A stretch of DNA of 64,000 nucleotides. It comes from Botryllus schlosseri (Eukaryota). The notes beneath the pieces were generated by a model. That model had not been told where the DNA came from. It was given only the letters and a program-made list of their open reading frames with translations, and did not search any database. Position numbers and translations under genes: made by a program. Shown piece after piece: positions 25,261-37,222 of this stretch; positions within the stretch are counted from its first letter, which is position 1, and each line of letters starts with the position of its first letter. The DNA is taken from assembly GCA_051294905.1 (NCBI GenBank), contig CM119371.1, positions 36,024,001 through 36,088,000 of the forward strand, written 5' to 3'.

Positions 25261-26635
25261 TCAATCAATGGGAATAATCGTATATAATGTAAACTTCAAA
25301 TTTGAAGCATGGAGTCCAAAACAGTATTCAATGAATTTATTACCGTAATGTACTTCAATAGCTGTTGAAGACATCTGTGGTTGATCAAAGTCGTGAACAG
25401 GTTCTTTGAACTCTAGCTGCATGTAGGCACAAAGAAAACAAAGAAATAAAGAATAATTATTAATTACCAATCACTATTATTTGTGTCCGAAAAAAAGGAA
25501 GAATAAACTACAGTCACAATGATTTGACGTTGTAAGCAGGTAGTGAACAATTGCGGCAGACTGTGACCGCGGGTCATATTATCATGTAAGACCGAAAAGT
25601 GGGTTTAGATTTGTTTCAAATTCACCAAGATATCAATTCATTAGGTTTGAGTTCATGCGGAAATGCCGGTAATGCAAGACTTCTCGTGTTGACGAACTCG
25701 TGCATAAGATCCACCCTCGCACGCTATATACACACACGCACGCTAAAGAATAATGTAGTAGTAGTAAGCGAGTAGTGGGGGACTACGGCAGACTATGGCC
25801 GCGGGCAACATAATCGTGTACGACCAGAAACTGACAGCGGGCCGCTAAAAATCACGTCGCGGGTCGCATGCTGCCCGTCCCCGACCTGGACTATTCGATC
25901 ATCTGCACCGTGGAATTAGTCTTGCGATTACAGCCCTGACTCGGCTATCATTCATATAAGCCGACTTACGCCAGAGTCTTTTTAGTTTAGTCTTTGGTTA
26001 CATTGGTTCTGCTCATATTCTTCCATTTTCTGACGTTGACAATAGGATCTACGTTACCGCTGCATATAAGCAGGTGTTACAAGCATTTCAGAACTACCTC
26101 GGCAGTTACAATGAAACCGTGCGTGATATGGCAAACAGCTGAGATCTTTCAAATGCAGTCAATGTATAGATACAGAATGATCACAAATCTTGTGAATATT
26201 CCATATAGAGCTATCATAACTTCCTGCGTCCCATCGTACAAGCACCATGTCGATTAAAATGTTGAATTTGATTTTTATATCGTGGTGTAAGTCCCATGTA
26301 GGTACTGTTTCGTGTAGAACGGGTGTATATTCACACCCATTTATAATGGGTGACACACAGGTGGTGATACACACCTTTTCGCTAATAGTTTACGCTACTT
26401 ATATCACCGCTGCGCTTTGCAAACAATGAGCAATACGGTTATTGCAAATGCCACGTGGTTAATGGAACAATAATACAATAGCCATTAAGTATACTAAAAT
26501 TATTATTGTAGTCGGAATGTAGCATATAGGCTCAGATTTCATAAAGATGATCTTCAAATGAATATAGTTATATAGGATCTCATCAACTTGTACTTTATAA
26601 AAATGCAAACATCTCCACAGTTCGGTTCGACGTCA

Positions 26636-26708
26636 GCCGCTGTAGCTCAGTGGTTACAGAACTGGTCTCGTAAGCCAGGAGTCGTGAATTCGAATCTCAC
26701 CGCTGGCT
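26636..26708 (+). tRNA. tRNA-Thr(CGT)-like gene, probably pseudogene
   Basis: 73 nt GCCGCTGTAGCTCAGTGGTTACAGAACTGGTCTCGTAAGCCAGGAGTCGTGAATTCGAATCTCACCGCTGGCT; anticodon stem CTGGT/GCCAG around CT-CGT-AA; mismatches in acceptor and D stems. Confidence 0.75.
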
Positions 26709-26712
26709 CGGT

Positions 26713-26762
26713 GCTGTCGTGGTCGAGAGTTTAAGGTGCACGTTCGAATCGTGCCGACAACG
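26713..26762 (+). pseudogene. tRNA-Ser pseudogene with internal deletion, 4 nt downstream of tRNA-Thr
   Basis: GCTGTCGTGGTCGAGAGTTTAAGG...GTTCGAATCGTGCCGACAACG then TTTTT; matches both ends of the 42030-42110 copy but lacks anticodon and variable arms. Confidence 0.75.
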
Positions 26763-26899
26763 TTTTTAAAACTTACATAACACATACGGATCACAGCGTC
26801 ACAGAGTTGGTCATGCGCCAGCGGATTTTGCTATGCCCTGCAGCAGTACGAGCAAAATGTTAAATAACAATATCAACAAACATTCATTGCCCTTTCTAA

Positions 26900-27284
26900 G
26901 AGGATTAATCCTCTTTTTTCAATAAGTTGAATTTGCCCGCAGAGGACGCCCACATGTCCTCTTTATGTGAATTTGTCCTCTTTTCTAGAAAAAGTGTTAT
27001 TAATCGATCAAATACTGGACTCCGACGCAGCGAACGCCAGAGTTGACAAGATAAAGAAAATCACGGCGCGGAGGGTATTTCGAGAGTAGCGAAGGCACAG
27101 ATGACATTTTTAGTGAGCAATTGGGTAAAGGTGGGTAATTCGGCAGTCGAGTCTACATGATGACTTTTGTTTTCACTAAAAGTCGAAAAATTATCAAAAT
27201 AGTCATTTTTCCTTTCCGGTAAAAGAGCTTTCGGATTTTTTGAAAAATGTCCCCTTTTTTGGATCTCAAAATATGGTAACCCTA
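26900..27284. mobile_element. hAT Blackjack-like MITE remnant
   Basis: End atatggtaacccta with gtcctc motifs; similar termini at about 47434 (cagggtcgccatatcgtcc) and 62083 (tagggttaccatacgtcc). Confidence 0.5.
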
Positions 27285-28716
27285 GTTTAGTTAAACCACA
27301 ATTACGATGCCCAGAATCATTCCAAGAGTGGGAATTGAAGGTGTATCAACTGTAATAAAGGCTAATTACTCTCTTGAACGGTTTATAATTGACACATATA
27401 AACATTCTTTGGAAATACTGGATGAACTCGTTATCAAATCAATTCGGTATAATATGCGGTAACGACACAGCATATTGCTACGGGCTGGGTACAACGATTC
27501 GAGTTTACTCGAATCTGAATCGAGTTCTAATTGTAATAAAACGACTCGCTTAGTGGGAAACGACTCTCTCGCGTTCAGAATTTATTGAAATAAAGCAAAT
27601 ATTAAAAACAAAATATATCTTAAAAATGATAGTTTCGACAGTCCCCAGCACCCACCTAGGTACCATTGAAACTTGATCGGTCGTATACCAGCACTAATGT
27701 TTTGTTGTCGAACGCTTTTAAAATCATTGTTTAGTGATAAAACATATTATTTTTTATTTTTCAGTCACCTACGATTGCCCCGTATAGTGTCAGTTCCGAA
27801 ATATATTCATGTTTATTTCACATCTGAATATATTATTTACTGATATTTTGATGTTTGCCAGACATTGCGACGACCTAAAATCTATTCACTACCTTTGGAA
27901 ATAGGATTTTTTTTGTTACATTGTTGGCACTATTTAGGTCATACATGTGGACGTTACAGATGTGATGTGGAATTATGATTTTTTACAAGGATGCGTTATC
28001 GATACGTATGAGAAACCATTAGAAAATGAATAGTGTAACTCGCTCTTGGAATATGATAGAAATGTATGATTTTTAGCATTTTATTAAAGAAGTCAACCTA
28101 ATCTCTTCGAATTGAATATTTGCTAGATGTAAACAGTGGGTGCGCTCGTAATTGGTGAAAGTTACATGATTGTTTGGTCTCAAATATAGCAGTCGGTGAT
28201 TTATTTATTTAGTACGTGATTCATGTCGTCTGTGTTGCAGAACTGGCCAGATGAGCTGAGCATGGTTTTATGGGTATACTGACCCCAGATAATGTGACGT
28301 TAGTATCATATTTCAATCGAGAGTGACAACGACGATGATATTGATGTAGCAGTGTAAGGTATTCCGAGAGAAATACACAACTTTCTGCAAGGCTATTTGT
28401 ATCTCCATGGTTTTGATTGTCGGTACGTTAGTTTCTAGAACTCTGTTCTTGGTGACTTTGTCCTTCAGAAGTTTTGTGTATTCAGTATTGCAGGTTACTG
28501 GTAATAGTACCATCCAAATATTCCACGATTGCCTTTTGATCGAGTAAGGGTTATTATGAACCATAGACATGTGATATTGTAAGTCATGGCATCGTCACGA
28601 TTCTCGTGGCTCTTGAAATTCAGCTTATATGTTTGGATGACATTTTCGATTACGTGTGAATACTTGGTATGACAGCCTTATATCAAGTAGGCCTATATAA
28701 ATTAGAACCGGTAATC

Positions 28717-30078
28717 ATGGTGCACGTCATACGTCCTAATGTGGAGAAACATGCAGTGAAGATGATGCAAGAATTGCATCAAATGAAACTAGAAAATGAT
28801 CATTGTGATTTCATAGTTCAAGTCGGAGAGGATGTCTATTACACTCACAAAAATGTATTGTCGGCTGGTTCAGATTATTTCAAAGCCATGTTGAAGCACG
28901 ACACGAAAGAGAGTCGCGAAGGAAAAGTCATTTTAAAAGACGTGGATTCGGAATGTGTGAAAAACTGTATTAATTTCATAGATTCGGGTAATTTTGAGAC
29001 TTTGGACGGAAAGATTAACGATCTTCTTCACGTAGCAAGCCTTATGCAGTTGGAGGATGTGAAACATGAAGTTTCTGATATTTTAGCGGAATCAATTAGT
29101 GTAGCGACTTATTTCTCTACGAGGAATGTTGCGGATATGTATGGGCTGAACACTGTTTCCGCGAAATGCGAAATATTCCTTCATGAAAATATCATGGAAA
29201 TTTCAAACCAACCTAAATTTGGAAATGTTGGAAAAAACCTAATTCTCACACTTTTGAAGTCCAGCCAATCCAAATTATGCGAAAAAGAAAAACTAATCCT
29301 ATCACTCAAGTGGATTGAGCATAATCGGCAGAAGAAATTGGATTTGCATGAATGTCTTGAAGTAATCGAAATTCACGAAATCTCTTCGGTATTTTTACAG
29401 CATCTGTTAGAAACACACCCAGTTATCAGCAACGACTTGGCGTTGTATAAATTTATAAATCAGCATCTTCTGAAAGCTGCGAAAGGACCGGACACCACCA
29501 AAACAGAAATTGTCGATGATGATTTATTACTTCTTTTTGACGATGGCACGAATTGTATCCGATCCTTCAATCCAATAACTGGGAAAGTAGAGAGGTTCCA
29601 TGAAGAAAAGTTCAAGCATTTGAAACGTTTCGGTACTATTGCTAACGACTCATACATTTATGTTTTATGTGATGATAAATCAGTCAACCGACTAAACTTT
29701 CAGATCAGAAATTCAAAATGGGAAAAGATGAAGGATATGATAAGCAACCACGGAAGCTATCCCCGCTCAGTTTCTTTTTCGGGGTCAATATTCGTTATCG
29801 GAGGAAGTTACCGGTGGACATCACGGGTTGTGGAAACATTTCACTCGTCTGCAAATCAATGGGTTCAACTTAAAAACAAACCGACAGCAATTGCAGATGC
29901 AAGTCTCGTATCATTGAATGATTCCATATATTGTATCGGAGGTATAGGAGAAGATGGTTTTACCGTTTCTTCATTCTGCAGATTCACTCCATCCTCACCA
30001 GAGTGGGTTGACCTCACACCAATGCACATTTGCGCTGAAAACTATTTACTTTGCGTTTCTTGTACTAGACATGATTAG
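28717..30078 (+). pseudogene. BTB-BACK-Kelch copy 2, 3'-truncated (open frame, last ~106 residues missing)
   Basis: Homologous ATG at 28717 (MVHVIRPNVEKH); similarity ends at EWVDLTPM (about 30024), then HICAENYLLCVSCTRHD-stop; downstream-flank homology resumes at about 30098. Confidence 0.85.
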
Positions 30079-30204
30079 CTATCTATATACACCCCTTTAC
30101 TACCACGCCTAATTCAAGCAATGATATTTTGTCTTACCCATCCAACTTCACTTGAAGAATGAATCAAACTTGATTTGCAAGTCGTATTGACATTATATAT
30201 GGGG

Positions 30205-31115
30205 CAGTTGGATGACTCGAGTCACCTTTTTCGCATAACCTGACTTGACTCGAATCAATTTGTTAAAATGACTTGACTTGACTCGGCGTATCAGAAATGT
30301 GGAACGACTCGTGACTCGGAGCAAAATTCACGAGTCAATTTCGAGTCAACAAGCAGTCGATGTCGATAAAAATCATTTTATCTTGCAAATGTTTGGACTG
30401 TACGCGAAACGCTGGTGTAACCCGTGAGAGCGACCAATAATTCAATGATTGTGCGATTTACTGAGCCTCCATTGTTTTCTCACAAATAAAGTGATCGCAA
30501 ACGAGGTGATCGAAGCTTACAGCTTACGCTGTCGTAAATTAGTATAGTAAAGTAATTTATTAGCAAAATGTCTATTGCTGTTCTCTGTTCTTAACTTTAT
30601 TGAAATTGAATTCCATTCTAGTTTATATAGTCCTCAACTATTGGCGCAGGCTGGCATTGTATCATATCAATTTGTAAATGGGTAATGTGTCGCATCTTAT
30701 TAATTCGTTTCTCTATTCTCTATTTTGGCTGGTAATTATAATCTGAGACTATGCAATTACTGACGTAGTTTAGCATTTATACGTATATGTGAATGATAAA
30801 GCGCCTTCTTGCGTTTATATTAACTCTATATTCGTTCATAGGTCCAGAATCAATGACCACTCAATCTGTATTACAGACAGCCAGCAAAATGCAATGACAT
30901 AAGCTTGCCTCATGATTCGAAAATACAACTTGACTTGAATTGTGACTTGACTCGTGACTTGTCTTGGCATGACTCGAGTCACCTCTAAAAATCGAGTGAC
31001 TTGACTTGACTCAAGTCACCTTCGAAAATTGATTGACTTGAATTGACTCGAGTCAAAACGTGCAATGATTCGAAATTACTCGTGACTCGAAGGTAGTGTC
31101 TTGATCCCAACACTG
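30205..31115. mobile_element. hAT MITE with GACTCGAGTC/GACTT repeats
   Basis: Same family as 6195-6844; ends gatcccaacactg. Confidence 0.75.
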
Positions 31116-32064
31116 GCAATATGTCATCTCCTACCCCGTAAACACTTATTTACCAGTTTTACTGTGAATAAAGAATATGATTATTATATTAATTTATAGA
31201 GCGCCGAATATAGCAATATTTCATTACTACACTAGAGTGCTGTACACCAGAGGCACTAAAATATAAAAGTAAACGATATTCAGCAGGACGGAATTTCTAT
31301 ATCTAACCATAAGATTTTCTGTGTATACGCTACTGCACATGGCGTACGACTTCAACAACCAATTCTACTATTGATCACGCTTAATTACATGTGGCCACTG
31401 AGGGCCAAGACAGCCGTATCATCGCAAATCATATACATGAGTTGAGTGTAAGTCTTGACCTCCAGAGAGACCTGAGAATAGCTCAGGAAACCCCTATAAT
31501 GTGCCATTGAACATCGGTTGGGAACCACTGTTCTAGATACAACTTCTTCCAGATACATGGAATCTCAATGTAAGTGCCTGGTTTTGTCACAGCGCTGCAA
31601 TTGTTATAAGCAGTGCCGATTTTCGTTGTTACGGCTTATTTTGAAGGGCTCCAGCGCCTAGAATAGATTTCAATCTATATTTTTTGGAATCAGTGCTACT
31701 TATAGCTTACATAAAGATCAATTTTATCCATTTCTTTTATGAGTACTTGAGTAGTCACTCTAGTCATATTCTAGCTATTGATTAATAATATTTTTCTAAC
31801 ATGAAGGGTTCGATGTATGCGTAAATATGGCAATTGTGGGGTACGGTGCCTTCCAAAGGTTAAAAAAAATCTGGTCTAGTAGCCTAGTAAATATGACTCT
31901 GCCCGACAGCTACCTTACAATACACGCATCAAGTATATTGGTGGGTCGCTTGCAGTTATGTCGTTTCCTATGGCTATAACGCATTTACATAGGTATGGGG
32001 TAGCATATGATGTAATTCTGAATATCATGCACGCCATCAATCATATAGGCTCGTTGGTCTAGGG

Positions 32065-33032
32065 CAGTGGTTCTTAACCTTTATTTCTCCAGCGCCCCAT
32101 TTCAAAAATTGTCTGGGTCTGGCGCCCCCCATGTAAAAGACAGTAGTAAAAACAATGCGTAAGTGGTCGAAATCTGGTTCCGGGTTGGGACTTGACTATT
32201 AGACCACTCGACCAATTATAACGGCATGACTGCATGTGCTATTTTCGGGATCAAATCAAGGTTGTTACCAACCATTGGGTAAGGTCTACGGGCTCATAGC
32301 ATTTGGTTCGAGATAGATCTACACATCACGAATTCTCTTCTGCGACTGGTAATACGAGGAAGTTAATTGTATTGGGCTTTGCTTTATTGCTTTGTGTACC
32401 TACTAAATCAACTGAGAATCTGGTAGAGATTTGTTCACATTAAATTCAGTACTGCACCAAACTGTTAAAATTAACATGAATGGGGGTAACAACAATAATC
32501 ATTATCATCCTTTATGATACGATGAAGAAATATTCTGACTGGCATCACTCGGAAAATTTCACTGTTCAGTGCCTTTTCGATTTCGACACGCTTTGCACTG
32601 CAGGATACGATACCTCTAGTTCAAAACATTTTGTGAAAAATAACCCGGGCTATTAGAGCTATGGGTATTTTGTCGCCGTCATATTTCAGTTAATAGCTGT
32701 ACTATATCAGTGTAACCGTCGGTTTATTAATATTTTCATCCTTTCAAAACACCACAAAACTGCGATACAATGAAAAGATAGGAAGGTGTCGAGACGACTT
32801 GGGGTAGCTAGCGTGACGGAAGTGTTTTAACGGGAAATTGGCAATTCAAAAGTACGCCCAATTATTTTACATGAAATAAAATAAACCACTGCATTCACGG
32901 AAACATCGTCGGTGGATATTTCGGGATGAGCGCAACGAAAAATGTTGTTATTTGACAGATTCGTCGAGTTAGTTCGCAGTGACCATTGACAACTCAGGGA
33001 TAAATACCTAGAGAACTATTGTTCAATTATAT
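32065..33032. mobile_element. Other part of the hAT MITE split by the inversion
   Basis: cagtggttcttaacctt...ctccagcgcccc terminus matching 18309; reverse-complement TSD gtctaggg. Confidence 0.78.
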
Positions 33033-33944
33033 CAGTGGTTCCCAACCTTTTTGACCTTGCGGCACACTTTGAAAATGAAAAAGATTTCGCGGCACACTAG
33101 CACAGTGGTTTTGAACTCTTTTGGCTTACGGCAAAAGCAAACTACCAGAATGCGTTAGCAGCAACCACAGTCTTATATAGGTGGTCACTGACGAAGTAGC
33201 CAACTTCTGCCTTTTCGGTGCTCTCAAGTAGGCTTTTCGCTGCTTCAAAGAAGAAATTAAGTTTTCTTTTATCTCTGTGGACATTTCACAAATACGTCTA
33301 CGAATGGTATAATTTGACATGGGGATCGTTTTCAATTCTTTTTTTTTACAATTTTATTGCAGGCAGGAATACGGACTTTCTCTCAGTCCGTGTGAGGTTT
33401 TGAATTATCAACCATTACCTCTGTTGCCACATAACTTGCTTGCTGAGATCTCGTTCAAACCTCAGCATCACGGTCTAATAGCCCGAGTCTAGTTATCTAT
33501 CTATCACCGTCCTAAATGCTACTATATGTGGGCAAACTAGCGTATCACACCCATTGACGGTGGAGACCCCAGTTTCATTCACGGCAGTGCAGTAGCAAGT
33601 TACGAAGCGTCGCAGATTTATGATATTCTCCGACCCTATACGTTGCTGTGCTCAGAGCGTCTTTACAATAAAAAGCCAGAAAAAGACCCAATCCATGACC
33701 TGATGGGATGCCTGATTGAGATAACGTTACTATGGCCGTCGCGATATCCTTGTATCTGTTCACTGCATCGGATTGTACATCGCGTGTCTTGATATAGTAA
33801 ATTCAATAGAAAATCCAACAATGACACACTCAAAGTTTAGATTTTTGTTATACTTCGACCCAGTTTACCGCATTTGCTCGCGGCACACCTGAGCAGTCCA
33901 ATTGGCACACTAGTGTGCCGCGGCACACCGGTTGGGAACCACTG
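33033..33944 (-). mobile_element. hAT Charlie-like non-autonomous element, copy B (912 bp)
   Basis: Reverse complement of 18487-20166 minus 768 bp of internal sequence; the ORF track gives identical translations in both copies. Confidence 0.9.
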
Positions 33945-34949
33945 CTTTAACCTTTGGAAGGCACCGCGTAGGCCGCAATCACCATACCATCACATTCACC
34001 ATTCATCGAATCCTTTGCAGTTGGAAAATATTATTTACCTATAGCAGACTCCTCATGAAATGGATGAAATGAATCTTTTTGTAAGATATCTGTTATACTG
34101 ATTCCAAATATGCAAATCAAGTCAAAGTGCTGGAAACCCCTTCAAGTCAGTAGTAAAGACGAAAATTTGCATTTTTAGAACAACAGTAGCGCAATGACAA
34201 AACGAGGCATTGCAATTGAGTTGCCATTCATCTGAACGAAGTTACGTATAGACAAGTTCGTAATTGTTGTCCGGTGGAACACTAGGGTTTCTCTGAACCA
34301 ATATCAAGGGATCTCTGGAGGTAAAGAAACATACTTAACACAGGCATATGACATGCGATGATGCGGCCGTCTTGGCTATCATTGGTTACAGGTAAATAGC
34401 CATGAGTAGTAGTCGAATTGTCACTATTGTGGTGAAACGTCGTGTGCAGTAGAGTATACGCAGGAAAGGTTGAGTTTCGATATCGTAACCCAGTACTTCT
34501 GAAATGTCAATTCTATCTCCAATATTTATAAGCTCACTGGTAATTAGGAAATATGTTTTCACGCTGTTGCGTTTCGACCGCATTTCAGAACTGGTATCGT
34601 AACGGAACAGTAAAAGTAACGCTGATTCGTATAAATATTCCCTATCATGCTTTCTTTTTATGTGAAAAATAAATTTTATTGACCTTGTTCTTTTAGCAAT
34701 ATGTTTATAGACGGCTAATTTCTCGCGCCAGCAATCTAAATCAATGTTTAGATATGTAGATAGATCTAGATCAGGGGTGGGCAAACTACGGCCCGCGGGC
34801 TGCATGCGGCCCGCAACACCGTTCTGTGCGGCCCGCGAGAGTCCAAAGAAACTTTTCAAAAATATTGATGAAATGCGTACTAAGAGTCGAATTAATGCAG
34901 GGACTTGATTAACATGTTCTTAGTATATTTCACCATGATAATTCTAAGA

Positions 34950-35266
34950 CAGTGGTTCTCAAACTGGTGGGCGCGCCCCCTTGGTGGCGTGAAAGTATTT
35001 AAAGGGGGCGCGAAGCTGAGCTCAACTGAAAAATTTTTTCGCGCCTTGCGCGATTTACACCCAATTCACAGTTATTGCTCTGTATTTAGTCTGGATTTCA
35101 TATTTAAAAATCTCTCATCCACAGTCGTAACCTTCCATGCCATCAAACTACCCGTTAGGTTGGCTAGCATCTTGGTTGCGTTTTGCGATATGACGATAAG
35201 GGGGTGCTAAATCTTTCACCATCATAAGGGTGGAAGGGCGTGTCTTAAAAAGTTTGAGAATCTCTG
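34950..35266. mobile_element. Nested hAT MITE (family of 8990-9281)
   Basis: cagtggttctcaaact...agtttgagaatctctg; collinear with 8990-9281. Confidence 0.8.
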
Positions 35267-35289
35267 ATCTAAGGTAAACACGTAATATC

Positions 35290-36247
35290 TAGGGATGGTG
35301 TGAACCTCTGAAAGGTTCAGGTTCGTGTGAACGTGAACCTTTTTGAAAGGCTCTGTGTGAACACGAACGTGAACCTCATGACGTCACGTGATGTCATATT
35401 GCTAATTTTAACACCATATTTCAATTAGGTGATTGCCTATATTAATCTGCTGTACACGATACCGAGCGACGACTCGGGCCACATAATAGCTCAGTACTTA
35501 AGTATACATATTGACGTTTTAAACGTTGCCAAATGTATCAACTGAGGCAATCAAATGATATAAATAATAATCCCATAAAATCAGTATCTTGCGTCGCTTT
35601 GCCATATATTTCGACCTGATCGGACAATGTATTCGGCGTCTGAGTATTGCCACATGGATATTAAGCATAGTGTAAAATAAGTTTCTATACTTGCTACCGA
35701 TATTACCCCATTAACAAGTTATACAGCAGTATAGCCAACACCCCAGACGCACGGATTTGGTTTTTATGATACAGTATATACATATGTAGTCAAGATTGAC
35801 CCCGTACGCCTGCTATATTTTTACATCAGAAGACGATATCAATCTCATTGATTGGTTGAATTAGGATCATTTGCTGACAAAATACAGTGTATTTTGCTCT
35901 TGATGTCATGTGATTGCGGGTCAAGCTCACAGCACAGAGACACTAAATATGTACAAACGGAAAGCTGGGTATTTCGAGCAAACTTTTGTAACAATATTTT
36001 TTGAGATTGTCAAGGGCATACTCGTTTAGTGTAGAATGTTTATGAGGCCAGCTCCATGCATAAAGTGGCCCGCAGTTGTAACTCCATAAACTTAAACCAG
36101 AAATGTTATAATGAAGTGAAAATTGCAATATATGAAAAAGGTTCACAGTGCAGAACCTACCAAGGTTCTGTTGTGAACGTGAACCTCAAATTTTCCGAGG
36201 TTCACACACAGAACGCGAACGTGAACATCACGTTCACACCATCCCTA
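35290..36247. mobile_element. Nested hAT Ac-like MITE with GTGAAC repeats
   Basis: TIR tagggatggtgtgaac / gttcacaccatcccta; perfect TSD gtaatatc. Confidence 0.92.
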
Positions 36248-37222
36248 GTAATATCACAGCGGGATAGCTGCTACGAGATTGACATAATTTGGATCACGAG
36301 TCGGATTTCAGATTAACCACTCTATTTTTAATTATTTCAGTGATGTGATTATAAAACACGATTCGGGCGTGTCTTAGGTAGATTCGTTCTATGTATGCGT
36401 AGAATTGTGGTATTTATATTTTATCTACACATAGTAGAAGCGTGTTTGAAGCTAACATGGTTATGATGCTGTCAGCATTGTGTGTCCTGGAGCCGAACCA
36501 AAAGTGGAATTAGTAAATCTATGAACAGATCGCTGCTCACAGATTTAAATGTCAATCCCGTTCTAAGAATCGGGCCAACCGACTTTCATCTCTATATAGT
36601 TTTGACAAATTGGTTATTGAGGTCCGCCACCCTATGAAATCTCGCCACTATATGTTTCTGACGCGTGTACGATATCATCAAAGCAATCTTCGGCTTGTTT
36701 TAAATAAGCATATATATTATCTCCATGTCCTCGATATGTAATAAAATATCAATATTGCGTTTTGCTATATAATCCCAATTTTATATAGTGCGGCCCGCGA
36801 ATGGATTCAGATGTTGAATGCGGCCCGCGAGCTCAAAAGTTTGCCCACCCCTGATCTAGATAGATGTGTATTGTGGTCTATTTGTGTTATTAGGCGTCAA
36901 CGAAAATTTGGGTTTCTGTGAAGGCTTACAGATTAACGTACGTGTTTCCGGGTTATTAAAAGACAGGAGACACTGCTATATATACAATATAAATACAACA
37001 TTCCAATCAAGCTCGGTTTAGTCTTTATTTAAAGTTGGATGGGTAGGCCCATGTCAAAATATCATTACTACAGTACAAGAAACGGAAAATAAATTTGTAA
37101 AAATATTATAGTGATGATAGCAACTAAAATATGTACAATTTACACCTCAAATACAATAGTCAACGTTTGATGAAGCGTATGTGAGCGATGGAATTTGTTA
37201 TGGTATCGAAAACTTTTACAAT

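Larger units (their letters stand above)
20167..33032. other. Inverted segment of about 12.9 kb between element copies A and B
   Basis: Split TSDs (ggttaaag at 20167 vs ctttaacc at 33945; ccctagac at 18301 vs gtctaggg at 32057); 20167-23510 is reverse-complement paralogous to about 6100-8437, whose continuation resumes in direct orientation at 33945. Confidence 0.88.
34772..36853. mobile_element. hAT Charlie-like element with two nested MITEs
   Basis: TIR caggggtgggcaaact / agtttgcccacccctg; perfect TSD atctagat; absent from paralogs near 9990 and 48140. Confidence 0.92.

Noticed and set aside
28669..28716. Extended N-terminus of copy 2 (also the TTG start at 38857 for copy 3)
   Set aside because: Paralog alignment places the start at the MVHV ATG.
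31880..31886. tagccta as another footprint insertion
   Set aside because: Aligns without a gap to related sequence near 8405-8420; substitutions, not an insertion.
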